Of a stretch of DNA of 64,000 bases, positions 29,200 through 38,481 are shown piece after piece. This DNA is from a virus. The notes beneath the pieces are model-generated. The model had not been told where the DNA came from, did no database searches, and saw nothing but the letters and a program-made list of their open reading frames with translations. The stretch lies in IMG/VR virus record IMGVR_UViG_3300045988_119396; one strand, given 5' to 3'. Position 1 is the first letter of the stretch; every line of letters starts with the position of its first letter. Both the position numbers and the translations under genes were made by a program.

Positions 29200-29258
29200 T
29201 TGACTTTTATTTTCTATGTGGTATCATAATATATGTAGTTAAGAGTTAAGAGAATAAA
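29200..29258 (+). promoter_or_regulatory. promoter TTGACT plus TATCATAAT -10, with conserved leader GTTAAGAGTTAAGAGAATAAA (copy 4, left flank of the tnpB island)
   Basis: -35 at 29200-05; -10 about 29222-30; leader at 29238-58. Confidence 0.6.
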
Positions 29259-29970
29259 CGAGCAACTCAAAGCTACAACAAAACAATTAAATAAATCTAT
29301 TATATGCGTTGAGCTTACAAAATGTGTCCTGTTAAGTAAGTCAACAATCGGATAGCTTAATGGCAGAGCGTACGAGTATGATAACGATACTTGTAAGGTT
29401 TGATGTTCAATTCATCAATCCGATATTTGTCACAGTGATTATTTGACAATAATGTTTATTTTGTACTCATGATGAGTACCTCCTTTTATTTAAACTTATT
29501 TTTCTGAATTATGTAGTACGTATACCTAATCACTGTGGCACACCTCCAAGTTAGATTGGTAGGTGGGTAAGATAACGGTATTGCCCATCTACAAAAGAGT
29601 TGGCACTTCTCCTACATAAAATTAGAATTAATGTTTCATTCCAGTCAGCTCTTTTGTAGGTGAACAAAACTTAGTTTGCCTAAACAATTTTCGCAAGTCT
29701 GAAAGGATTTGTACTTTCCAAATTGATGGTGTTCTATGGTTAGTATTTCTCTAGTCTATTTTGTTAATTATTTTAATACTAATTTTAATATCATCTCTTT
29801 AACACTTTTTATTTTTATATTATTTTGTTTTTATCTGAATGTCAGCCCATTAGGGTTGATATATCAGCGAGTAGACGGTTGACTTTTTGATATATTTTTT
29901 ACGACCTCCGATTTTATGCTTGTTTTTTAAGCTACTCGTTGATATATCCATCTTAGTCGGAGGTGTAAGC

Positions 29971-30186
29971 GTGGATAAATTAAGCAATATAATTGATAAG
30001 TTTCTCTTAACAAGAACATGGTATGTAATACAATGGCTGTTTATCATAGTTATTGCATTTGACCTAATCTTTTACAGCTACGGTTTCTGGACTAAGTTAT
30101 TCTATTTAACTGGTTTGACAGCTGGGTTTAGCAATATTAAGGAATGGCACAAGAAGCGTACCTATTCTGTTAAGAGAAAACATTAA
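29971..30186 (+). CDS. small membrane protein (72 aa)
   Basis: GTG after GGAGGTGTAAGC; inner start of track ORF 29887..30186. Confidence 0.3.
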   Translation: MDKLSNIIDKFLLTRTWYVIQWLFIIVIAFDLIFYSYGFWTKLFYLTGLTAGFSNIKEWHKKRTYSVKRKH

Positions 30187-30311
30187 TATACATACAACTC
30201 TAAAGCTATAACATATCTTAATTTTTTGCGTGATATGTATCGGCTTACTTTATAAAGTTAGTACAGTATAGAATATAAAATCATTACATCAATTTAGTGA
30301 AGTGAAGCGAG

Positions 30312-31481
30312 GTGAGTAAGATGTTAAAAGGTATTAAATTACGTATATACCCAAATAAGAGACAACGTGAACAGTTGGATATTATGTTTGGTAATAGTCG
30401 TTTTATTTGGAATAATATGTTAGCTACGATGAACGAGCGTTACAAGAATAACAAAGATTTACCTATGTTAACCGAGTATAAATTACATGTTCTACTAAAA
30501 CCTTTGAAAGTTGAATATCCATTCTTGAAAGAGAGTGATAGCACTGCTTTACAAGTAGATTGTCAAAATCTGTATCGAGCGTGGAAGAACTTCTTTAAAT
30601 CTGGTTTTGGTAAGCCTAGATTCAAGTCTAGGAAATTCTACAAGCAATCTTATACAGGTAAGTCGGCACCTAATGTTCATGTAGTAGCTAAAAGATATAT
30701 GAAACTACCTAAGCTAGGCTATATCAAAACTAGCAAAACATTTCAACTCACCGATTGCAAGATTAAACGTTATACGTTAAGTCATGGCACGACTGGTCGT
30801 TATTATTTATCTTTACAGGTAGAATGTGAAAATCAAGCATTGTTACCTAAGACAAATAAATCAGTTGGGTTAGATTTAGGTGTAGCAGATTTAGCTATTT
30901 CTTCTGATGGAATTAAATATGATACATTCCATGTGGGAGATTTAGAACATAAAGCTAACTTGTGGCAACGTAAGTTTTCTAAGCGTAGACATCAAGCTAA
31001 GGTTTGTATCGAAAGTGATAAATACTCAAAAGTATTAGTGCCTAGAGATTTTGATGATTTTAAAAATCTACAAAAGGCTCGAAAGCGCAAAGCGAGATTG
31101 CAAGCTAAGATAGCTAACAAACGTAAAGATTACTTGCATAAATTAACCACTACGTTAGTAAAGCAATACGATACTATCGTTATTGAAGATTTAAAGGCTA
31201 AGAATATGATGAAAAATCATAAACTAGCAAAAGCAATAGCTAACGGTTCATGGTATTTATTCCGTTCTATGTTGGAATATAAGTGTAATTGGTATGGGAA
31301 GCAACTAATAGTAGTTAGTCCTAAATACACTTCACAAGTCTGTTCTAACTGTGGTGTAAATACAGGCAAGAAATCGTTAGATGTTCGTGAGTGGACTTGT
31401 GATAATTGTGGTACACATCACGATAGAGATATTAACGCTGCTAGAAATATCTTGGCTAAAGGATTGAAAGAAGTAGCTTAA
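30312..31481 (+). CDS. tnpB: TnpB (OMEGA RuvC-like RNA-guided nuclease, IS200/IS605 OrfB)
   Basis: RuvC-I GLDLGV, RuvC-II IVIEDL, zinc finger CSNCG...CDNCG, Ruv[14 protein letters not shown]. Confidence 0.85.
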   Translation: MSKMLKGIKLRIYPNKRQREQLDIMFGNSRFIWNNMLATMNERYKNNKDLPMLTEYKLHVLLKPLKVEYPFLKESDSTALQVDCQNLYRAWKNFFKSGFGKPRFKSRKFYKQSYTGKSAPNVHVVAKRYMKLPKLGYIKTSKTFQLTDCKIKRYTLSHGTTGRYYLSLQVECENQALLPKTNKSVGLDLGVADLAISSDGIKYDTFHVGDLEHKANLWQRKFSKRRHQAKVCIESDKYSKVLVPRDFDDFKNLQKARKRKARLQAKIANKRKDYLHKLTTTLVKQYDTIVIEDLKAKNMMKNHKLAKAIANGSWYLFRSMLEYKCNWYGKQLIVVSPKYTSQVCSNCGVNTGKKSLDVREWTCDNCGTHHDRDINAARNILAKGLKEVA

Positions 31482-31764
31482 ATAAGCGCAAAAGGTACGG
31501 GACGTGCCTCGGTAATATATCTAGGTTCTGTAAGTTAGGCTTAGTCCTAAATACTACCTAGAGTTCCCAGAAACCACCGTTTTTAATAGGTGTGTAGTCC
31601 ATATAAGGCAGCTTGATGGTTGCTAAAGGGAACGGGTTGGTTTTTCACATCCTTTCAATGAATACAGATAATTAACCCCTAATACAACTTACAATACTGA
31701 CACAGTTTTTGTCCCGTTCTCTCTAGGAGCTATCAAAAGCTCTCCCAAAACAAGTCTACTACAT
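31380..31764 (+). ncRNA. candidate TnpB omega-RNA scaffold (overlaps the tnpB 3' end and right end)
   Basis: Structured ORF-free DNA 3' of tnpB. Long-range pairing GGGAACGGG (31627-35) with CCCGTTC (31712-18); right-end-proximal hairpin. Confidence 0.3.
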
Positions 31765-31787
31765 GTTAAGAGTTTAGAGAATAAATG
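31765..31787 (+). promoter_or_regulatory. conserved leader GTTAAGAGTTTAGAGAATAAATG (copy 5, right flank of the tnpB island; no consensus promoter upstream)
   Basis: Identical to the leaders at 13175 and 20845. Confidence 0.5.
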
Positions 31788-31969
31788 GTAGACATTTGGT
31801 ATGTAAGGCAGTAGAAAAATGCTAACACACCACAGCATTTACACTAATCAGACGTCCTTGCATACCACGCTCACAGACTTTGGCGCAACGAGGAATGTGG
31901 GAGCGGATAGCTGAGTCACAGGTGGTGTTGTGACAGAGAGCTATGCGTAATTATTTATCTTAGTTGGTA

Positions 31970-32042
31970 GTCATGTGGTGTATATGTGTAGCACACTCGT
32001 CCTTAACACGAGAGAAGTAGGGTTCAACTCTCTACCATGACA
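31970..32042 (+). ncRNA. tRNA-like (73 nt) with anticodon loop CCTTAAC (anticodon UUA, would read UAA) and degenerate D-arm; possible suppressor-tRNA relic
   Basis: Acceptor 6/7 bp; anticodon stem CTCGT/ACGAG at canonical positions 27-31 and 39-43; T-arm TAGGG-TTCAACT-CTCTA. No GG in the D-loop; C at position 33. Confidence 0.25.
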
Positions 32043-32160
32043 TAGAGGCGAAATGTCTCGAAACAAGCATATCTTGTATGGTGATATACATTGTTATGTA
32101 TTGATTGGTTATTAATCAATCTCATATAAATACTCCTTTTTTTTAAATTATTTTTTTGGT

Positions 32161-32212
32161 TACCGCAGATGTTAAAAGGTGCATTTTACGAGTTCGACTC
32201 TCGATGTGGTAA
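32161..32212 (+). ncRNA. tRNA-like minihelix (acceptor, hairpin, T-arm CGAG-TTCGACT-CTCG)
   Basis: 7-bp acceptor-like stem TACCGCA/TGTGGTA with one G-U. Confidence 0.2.
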
Positions 32213-32363
32213 TTGGGGTAGAGCATGAATGCCCCGAAGCACAATAACGGTAAGTGCGTAGATTTACGTATTTTGCGTGACATTAAAAAGTTAATTCATG
32301 AACAGGTTCATTACGACTTACGTGGTTGGTTCATGAATAAGATTTCCTCCTTTTAAAAAGGTA

Positions 32364-32425
32364 TACGGTGTAGCTCAAATGGTAGAGCAAGGAGGCTGAT
32401 ATGGGTTCGAGTCCCATCACCGTAA
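32364..32425 (+). ncRNA. tRNA-like RNA lacking an anticodon arm
   Basis: Perfect 7-bp acceptor TACGGTG/CACCGTA; canonical D-arm GCTCaaatggtaGAGC; T-arm ATGGG-TTCGAGT-CCCAT. Only 12 nt (AAGGAGGCTGAT) where the anticodon arm should be. Confidence 0.35.
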
Positions 32426-33088
32426 TTTTGTTCTTTGACAATCGTATACTTTACTATTCAAACAGCAATTCAAGCATAACCAGTTGTATAAGGGGTCTAA
32501 TCAACCCTTGCTGGATATGTACCTGTAATTCGTAGTAGATGTAGTCTGAGTGATAGCTTAGACAAGTCGTGAGATGGTTAGTAATATCTATTGAACCTAG
32601 TAAAAGCTAGGACGTAGGGTACGTATGTGGATACATGTGACGTTAGTGTTTCACTGGCTGTTGGCATTAGATAATAGACGCTTACAGTGTGAGAATAACC
32701 CATTGACAGCTTAGTGTGGCAACTAAGTGTTGCGTTGGGAATGCCAAGAATAATGTTTGCCTTGACGCTTAGGAAACTAAGCTATAACAACAGAGGTGAG
32801 AACAAGTAGGGTAATGGCAATATATACAGTTAACTTGTGCATTACAAACGACAGATAAGAGATAATTTTGTAAATATTCTGAATGATAACCTGAAAGTTG
32901 GGATTTACCATAATCGCCACATTTTTAAAAAGCAAAAGGAAGTGATGAGGTAGCTCTTTGTCACTCAGACCTTTTGAGATGTTCACATAATAAACGGTAG
33001 CATGTTGAAGCAGAGTGAAAGCTCATGTTTGAATTGCTATTTGAGTAGTGAAGCATATGATATATCAAAGAACATATAACTATATTTA

Positions 33089-33130
33089 CTCACCTCGGTA
33101 GTTATGTTCTGGTTCAACTCCAGAAGTGAG
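33089..33130 (+). ncRNA. T-arm minihelix (CTCAC...TCTGG-TTCAACT-CCAGA...GTGAG)
   Basis: Same T-arm plus short acceptor architecture as the other elements. Confidence 0.2.
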
Positions 33131-33500
33131 CTTTGTACCAACTCCCGACACACCTCTCATCAAGGCAGTACCGTTATGCGTACTTTAAAGTGGGACGGGT
33201 GCGGTACGGCATCTCGTTAGTACGTTACTCGAGGGTGCGGAAGGTGTTTTGCAAGGGACATACTATGCCAAGCGTGGAGGTTGATTACCTCGCAGCAGAT
33301 AGCTACTGTTGTCATACGTGCGAGCTTGGTGTGTGTAGTTAGGTGTGCCGCCTATTTAGTAAGTTGTCTTAAAGTGGCAAGATAGCTTTTCGATTATAAG
33401 CCCGTTAGCCAGCTATCCCTTCGGTGCAGTGGAGTTACTCGCTAGACTTCGCTAGGGAGCAGATTGCAGAGGCGACTGTGATTTATGCTTGATGGCTGAC
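33130..33500 (+). ncRNA. relatively GC-rich structured non-coding segment of unknown identity
   Basis: No credible ORF. Many inverted repeats, e.g. GATAGCT...AGCTATC at 33383-33418. Composition differs from the flanking AT-rich DNA. Confidence 0.25.
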
Positions 33501-33507
33501 TATTTTT

Positions 33508-33597
33508 GGTAAGTTACTCAAGTTGGTGAAGAGGACAGTTTGCTAAACTGTTAGGTCTGCGATTGTAGACGCAAGGGTTCGAGTCCCTTACTTACCT
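33508..33597 (+). tRNA. tRNA-Ser(GCU), class II with long variable arm
   Basis: Acceptor GGTAAGT/ACTTACC; D-arm CTC-aagttggtgaa-GAG; anticodon stem ACAGT/ACTGT with loop TTGCTAA; variable arm GTCT...AGAC; T-arm AAGGG-TTCGAGT-CCCTT. Confidence 0.65.
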
Positions 33598-33845
33598 TTA
33601 ACAATTAAATATTAAAGTTCGTGTGCATATACAGGAATGATTTCACATTGTCATGTTTACCCTTGCAAGTGAAAACACAAGCAGCGTTACAATTACATAT
33701 TATTGTTTGTCTAGTAATTGATGTAATTGTTCATCGTCAGTTAGCTGTTACTCTGGTTTAAGGTCTATCAATTCTTGTTCGCATTGCTTTATTAGTTCTA
33801 CTTCTGGGAGTTATGTTCTAATCATTCCTGTACATACACACGAAT

Positions 33846-34577
33846 GTGAGAAAGAAGTTGGTTAGTATTATCTATGTAATTGGTAGTATTTCTGCTGGCA
33901 AATCTAGCTTAACGGAGATACTCGCTAAAGATTTAAATAGTACCCCATACTACGAAGATGTAAACAATGGCTTAATCAAAGGCATGTTGGAACATTTTTA
34001 CAGTGCTGGTGCAGAAAGTAGAAAACAAGTTAGTGCTATGTTACAGGTGGCTTTCTTAACGGTTAGATACCAACAATTAAAGAAGGCTATCGTTGAAGAA
34101 AATGCTATATTAGACTCCAATCTAGTAAGCGATTATATCTTAGCACGAAATATATATGAACGAGGGGAAATGGACGAAGACGCTTATAACGTTTACATGA
34201 CATTGAACCAAGAAATGCAATCTAATGTTAATGGTAGTCCTTTTAACGGTTTTCCAGATTTAGTAGTATATATTGATATTGATGAAGAAGCTGAAATTGA
34301 CTCAATACAAGCACGTGGTCGTGATATGGAAGATGTACGTAAAGACCCTAAGTTAGTTGATTATTATCATTCAGTGAATAGAGCATACAAGCGTTGGTAT
34401 GATGGGTTCTACCAAGCACCAGTTGTACGCATTGACCGTTCACAATACGATTTCGTAAACAACCTATCCGACCGTAATGAAGTACTTAATCTAATTGAAC
34501 AAAAGCTAGTTGATTTAGGTAAATTGACGCAAGATGAGTTCGATAAAATCAAAGCAAAACGTGATAAGGAGGTGTAG
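33846..34577 (+). CDS. deoxynucleoside kinase (dAK/dGK/dCK family)
   Basis: P-loop IGSISAGKSSL; DRS/ERS-like region LDSNLVSDYILARNIYERGEMDE. Confidence 0.65.
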   Translation: MRKKLVSIIYVIGSISAGKSSLTEILAKDLNSTPYYEDVNNGLIKGMLEHFYSAGAESRKQVSAMLQVAFLTVRYQQLKKAIVEENAILDSNLVSDYILARNIYERGEMDEDAYNVYMTLNQEMQSNVNGSPFNGFPDLVVYIDIDEEAEIDSIQARGRDMEDVRKDPKLVDYYHSVNRAYKRWYDGFYQAPVVRIDRSQYDFVNNLSDRNEVLNLIEQKLVDLGKLTQDEFDKIKAKRDKEV

Positions 34578-34584
34578 CCCCTAG

Positions 34585-34809
34585 TTGCGTAACATTGAAA
34601 AGTTATCTAAACCAATCTATATCGTTAAAGGTTTGAGCGATGATTACTATCATGTAACTACCGATAATGCTGCTGATGGTAAAGATGTGTTATTTAGTAG
34701 TGATAATGGTATTGAGTTACTATCATTCGTTACTGGTTACAATATCAATGCTCAAATCAAAATCAATGAAGATAAATTGGAAAATCTAATTGCTGAATTA
34801 TCTAAATAA
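34585..34809 (+). CDS. hypothetical protein
   Basis: TTG after GGAGGTGTAG. Confidence 0.4.
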   Translation: MRNIEKLSKPIYIVKGLSDDYYHVTTDNAADGKDVLFSSDNGIELLSFVTGYNINAQIKINEDKLENLIAELSK

Positions 34810-34821
34810 GGTAGGTAAATA

Positions 34822-35448
34822 ATGAGTTCGATTAACAAGGTATTGTATGGAGATACAGACTATCTCAATACGCTTAAGGATAAAGTTAATAAAGTAGTAA
34901 ACAAAAACTTGAAACAAATTTCTAAAGAAAAGGACGGTGACTACATGTTTTCTAGTACAAAATTGGTAGAAGCTCCTATGCCTCCAGTCAAAGCGTATAT
35001 TGGTTGTTCGTGGTTTAGTGATAAGCAAACAGCACATATGAAAGCTGGGATAGAAGCTATCAAGGCAAACCCTAGTGTAAGTTGGGAATATTCACATTAC
35101 CCATTAGCACATCAATATAAGGGAATGGACGTGAATAATAACCCAGAAATCATGCAAGATAAAGAGTGGCAATTAGCCACAATAAATTCAGATTTTGAGG
35201 GCATTAAGAGTAGTGAATTGGGTATTATGCTCTACGTTCCAAGTGAACCAGATGATGGGCAAGCATGGGAAATGGGTAACTTACATGCAAGTGGTAAGCA
35301 ATGTGTTGTAGTTATTCCAGATGATGATAAAGAACCATTAAATCTTATGGTTGCATGTGGTACAACATGTATCATTAAGTTATCTGAATTAGCTACATTT
35401 GATTTCAGACATGTAGTTGCTGATGTCTATGACGGTGAAGTGTACTAA
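34822..35448 (+). CDS. nucleoside 2-deoxyribosyltransferase-like protein
   Basis: KAYIGCSWFSDKQ resembles the NDT N-terminal IYLAGPFF motif. Sits in a nucleotide-salvage context. Confidence 0.4.
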   Translation: MSSINKVLYGDTDYLNTLKDKVNKVVNKNLKQISKEKDGDYMFSSTKLVEAPMPPVKAYIGCSWFSDKQTAHMKAGIEAIKANPSVSWEYSHYPLAHQYKGMDVNNNPEIMQDKEWQLATINSDFEGIKSSELGIMLYVPSEPDDGQAWEMGNLHASGKQCVVVIPDDDKEPLNLMVACGTTCIIKLSELATFDFRHVVADVYDGEVY

Positions 35449-35566
35449 GACTATTTTTACACACCGAAATAAACAAGTGTTGTTATGATAATCAGCTTAG
35501 ATTTTGGTTAGACTATAATAACACTTCGATACATATTGATACTGATATAAGGAGGGATAGGCTTGT

Positions 35567-35848
35567 TTGAGTAAGCAAGTACAATGGGAATTTATTAAAG
35601 GTAAATCATTAGATGGAGAAAAGATTGTGTTCGCACATAGCACAAAATATTTGGGACGTGTTGACGTTGCGACATGGAGTCCAAAATGGGCTTTGCAACA
35701 ATCTATCTTTGATGAATATATTTATGTAATTGAAGATGAAGATATGAAATTAGTTGATGTATTAGATAAGCATGGCTTGTCAGAACATACATTAATTAAA
35801 AACCAAAAAGAGTTCATTGATATGAGTAAGCCAAGAACAGAGGTGTAG
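35567..35848 (+). CDS. hypothetical protein
   Basis: RBS AAGGAGGGATAGG. Confidence 0.4.
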   Translation: MSKQVQWEFIKGKSLDGEKIVFAHSTKYLGRVDVATWSPKWALQQSIFDEYIYVIEDEDMKLVDVLDKHGLSEHTLIKNQKEFIDMSKPRTEV

Positions 35849-35850
35849 CT

Positions 35851-36213
35851 ATGGCTATGAGCGAAGGGCTTAGCAAGGTTGATAAGTTCGTCTATGTAGT
35901 TGACATTGTGATAAAGGACAAGTATGGCCGTTTCTCTGGTAATGCTAATTATGTATGTGACAATGAAAGTACCGCAGATGAAGTAGCAAAAGTTGAAGCT
36001 AAAAGCTATATTGGCTTGCTCCACTATGAATTTGGGCAAGATTATCATACTAAAGATTTAATTATCAAAACTGATAATGATGGACATATCTACAACATTA
36101 AATTGTATGATAAAGATGACCCTACAATAACAAGGTTAGATATTAATATCACCAAGGTAGCGGTGCTTACAAGTAGTGAAGAGTATTTTAACCTTTATTT
36201 AGATAATGACTAA
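35851..36213 (+). CDS. hypothetical protein
   Basis: Adjacent to the upstream gene (coupled). Confidence 0.4.
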   Translation: MAMSEGLSKVDKFVYVVDIVIKDKYGRFSGNANYVCDNESTADEVAKVEAKSYIGLLHYEFGQDYHTKDLIIKTDNDGHIYNIKLYDKDDPTITRLDINITKVAVLTSSEEYFNLYLDND

Positions 36214-36613
36214 TGGAGGTGCTGTTATGACAAATCGAGTACTAATGGTTGACGCTAGGACATATGATAGAACTGGCTATCTAACAAGTACTACTAGATA
36301 TACTGTTATTGACAACCAAAGTTTAGCAGAAGATATAGCCGAAGATTTAGCTTTTGAATGTATGGACGAACTTAATGAAGAAGTCCGTAGCAATATCTAT
36401 GATGATTTCATGAATGAAGAGTATACAGAAGCTGATATGCACAAGAGATATGTTGGCGATGAAGACTTTCCAGAATTGAAGTATATTACTATTGCTGATA
36501 AAGATGTACCAGATTTCATGAGAGTAGTCGTGGAAATCACTCCATCAACCTTAATCAAAGAACGAGATGATTATTTTTCATTAAAATCATTTCGTGATAG
36601 GTTGGATAAATAG
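36206..36613 (+). CDS. hypothetical acidic protein
   Basis: Overlapping start; RBS GGAGGTG. Confidence 0.4.
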   Translation: MTNGGAVMTNRVLMVDARTYDRTGYLTSTTRYTVIDNQSLAEDIAEDLAFECMDELNEEVRSNIYDDFMNEEYTEADMHKRYVGDEDFPELKYITIADKDVPDFMRVVVEITPSTLIKERDDYFSLKSFRDRLDK

Positions 36614-36684
36614 GAGTTGCAGTTCCTAGTCAAGAATACCGTTTAAGACGGTGGCATAAAACTTAGTTTTTAATAATTGATTAG

Positions 36685-36718
36685 ACCACTAACTTAGAAA
36701 TGAGTTGGTGGTTTTTAT
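36685..36718 (+). terminator. rho-independent terminator ACCACTAACT...AGTTGGTGGT plus TTTTTATT
   Basis: Stem-loop then T-run. Confidence 0.55.
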
Positions 36719-36840
36719 TATGAATAGAGTTATAATATAGGTAGGTTGTTGCTAGTCTTTTGTATTGATTAGCAATGATTTAGTGATTTTGTTGCGAACC
36801 GTACACCTTCCACATTCTTAATCAAAACGGGGTGATGGGT

Positions 36841-36978
36841 TATGACAACACGAGAAGAGCCGAGGTGGACATTTTTGCTTGGTATGGCTTTTGCACTGGC
36901 GGTATTATTCGGCAATCTACACCGTATAATTATTGCTGCTGCTTGGGCTTATAGCAAAATAAAAGACGCTAACCGTAA
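36841..36978 (+). CDS. small hydrophobic peptide (45 aa)
   Basis: ATG after GGGGTGATGGGTT; single TM helix; followed by a strong terminator. Confidence 0.35.
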
Positions 36979-37020
36979 AGGCTAACGTCCAACACACTAA
37001 GGTTCAATCAAATCACGATT

Positions 37021-37053
37021 GGGGCTACCGACTGGTACTCGGTAGCCCCTTTT
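37021..37053 (+). terminator. rho-independent terminator GGGGCTACCGA-ctggtac-TCGGTAGCCCC plus TTTT
   Basis: 11-bp GC-rich stem then T-run. Confidence 0.7.
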
Positions 37054-37386
37054 CCATTTCTAAGTATATCACACATCTATTTACTTTTCAAAGCAAAACA
37101 CAGAACAGATGTTAATAGCAGAGATTGTACATCCGTTCCGCTTATTAATAATCTTAAATCTAATCCTTGAATTATTTGTGAAGTTTTTCTCATGTAAATG
37201 TAAAGAATACGTTAATTATTTATATAAACTATTAGAAAATCTACTAATTTCACACTTTACTTATTTTATACAAATTCGATAAAGTTATTTCCCATCTTTT
37301 CAATAAATTGTATTTGCACCATTTATACTTTATCGAAAAAGTGGTATAATGTAGTTAATCAGTAAAGTAGGTTTTGAGGTGGAAAT

Positions 37387-37944
37387 ATGGTTTACAATTC
37401 TAAACCACTTAGAACACAAGCCCAAATAGGTGATGTATTGTTCTATTTAAGGCGGACTCGTTATCCAGAACGTGATACATTCTTATTTTTGATTGGAATT
37501 AACACTGGGTTAAGATGTTCTGATATAGTAAAACTCAAAATAGGTACTTTAAGACATTCTAAACGACCAGAAATTATAGAGAAGAAAACTGGTAAAAAGA
37601 AAACATTGTTTTTAGATAATGTGCAAGACATTGTGCGTGATTATATTGAAGGCAAAGATGATAGTGAGTGGGCTTTTCCATCTAGCTATGATAAGAATAA
37701 ACACATAACAGTGCAGAATGTATATAAACTATTCAAACGAATTGATAATGAATTAGGTGGAATAGGATTTACTACACACTCTATGAGAAGGACGTTTGGT
37801 TTGTGGTATTATCGTAAGACTAAAAACATATATTACTTGATGGAGTTGTTTAATCATTCTAGCCAAGCAATTACTATGAGATATATAGGTCTTACAGAAG
37901 ATGAGTTAGGGGACTCTTTAGAAGGGTTCAGAATAGGGTACTAA
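37387..37944 (+). CDS. mini tyrosine recombinase (catalytic domain only, 185 aa)
   Basis: GLRCSDIV (Arg), HSMRRTFG (HxxR), ITMRYIG (Tyr). Preceded by a TGgTATAAT box at 37342-37350. Confidence 0.55.
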   Translation: MVYNSKPLRTQAQIGDVLFYLRRTRYPERDTFLFLIGINTGLRCSDIVKLKIGTLRHSKRPEIIEKKTGKKKTLFLDNVQDIVRDYIEGKDDSEWAFPSSYDKNKHITVQNVYKLFKRIDNELGGIGFTTHSMRRTFGLWYYRKTKNIYYLMELFNHSSQAITMRYIGLTEDELGDSLEGFRIGY

Positions 37945-37982
37945 AATACTCCTATATAATAGGTAGAGATTTTTCAAAAATT

Positions 37983-38105
37983 AAGAAGGGTAGGTAATTA
38001 ATATGCGTGATTTGGTTGGTTGTGTAGGTTGTTTGTTCTATATTATTTTGGCTATTTTTAGTATTGGCTTGCTTATGTTTTCGTTCATTGAGATGAGCTT
38101 GTAGA
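37983..38105 (+). CDS. small hydrophobic peptide (40 aa)
   Basis: ATG after AAGAAGGGTAGGTAATTAAT; sequence MRDLVGCVGCLFYIILAIFSIGLLMFSFIEMSL. Confidence 0.3.
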
Positions 38106-38122
38106 TGTATTATAATATATTT

Positions 38123-38238
38123 AACTAATGCGATAACTATTAAGTGGTTATTTTAGGTATTAGTTTCAGAAGAATGTTAGATTGAGGTTGAAAAACTTAA
38201 AACCTTACGAGGCTATGCTATTTTGCATAGTCTTTTTA
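38123..38238 (+). ncRNA. array unit 1 short RNA
   Basis: Core GTTTCAGAAGAATGTTAG at 38163-38180; terminator CTATGCtattttGCATAG plus TCTTTTTAT. Confidence 0.45.
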
Positions 38239-38255
38239 TGTGGTATAATAGGGTT

Positions 38256-38347
38256 ACCGCTATTAATGTGGTTTTTTGTTTCAGAAGAATGTAAACAATG
38301 TGGTTATACCTAGAAGGCTGCGTTTTGATACGTAGTCTTTTTATTTT
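38256..38347 (+). ncRNA. array unit 2 short RNA
   Basis: TGgTATAAT at 38241-49; core GTTTCAGAAGAATGTAAA; terminator CTGCGttttgataCGTAG plus TCTTTTTATTTT. Confidence 0.45.
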
Positions 38348-38372
38348 GATTGGAATGTGGTATAATACCAAT

Positions 38373-38444
38373 GTACCGAAAAGGTATTATATATTATTTC
38401 AAAAGAATGTTAAATCGGGACTTCACTTCGGTGGAGTCTTTTTA
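38373..38444 (+). ncRNA. array unit 3 short RNA
   Basis: TGgTATAAT at 38358-66; core TTTCAAAAGAATGTTAAA; terminator GACTTCACttcgGTGGAGTC plus TTTTTAT. Confidence 0.45.
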
Positions 38445-38481
38445 TGTAGTTATGATTGTAGCAATGTGGTATAATATAAGT

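Larger units (their letters stand above)
30250..31764 (+). mobile_element. IS200/IS605-family tnpB-only element; boundaries approximate
   Basis: Intact tnpB, no tnpA. Subterminal hairpin GGAGCtatcaaaAGCTCtCC at 31726-31745 about 20 nt before the downstream leader-motif copy. Confidence 0.35.

Noticed and set aside
29260-30310. Looked for tnpA (Y1 HuH transposase) upstream of tnpB; also noted the inverted repeat CTACAAAAGAG/CTCTTTTGTAG (29588-29662) and the palindrome GTACTCATgATGAGTAC (29467-29486)
   Set aside because: No ORF has HuH/Tyr motifs. The only ORF, 29887..30186, is a hydrophobic 72-99-aa protein. The repeats could be left-end structures but cannot be assigned without comparative data.
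32389-32535. AAGGAGG plus ATG inside the anticodon-less tRNA-like element opens a 44-codon ORF (MGSSPITVILFF...)
   Set aside because: The ORF is read straight out of the T-arm and acceptor of a tRNA-shaped RNA and has a low-complexity product, so the SD/ATG is most likely coincidental.
33133-33342. 69-aa ORF in the GC-rich non-coding segment
   Set aside because: No RBS and an arbitrary, Cys/Arg-rich composition. It lies in a region dominated by RNA-like inverted repeats.
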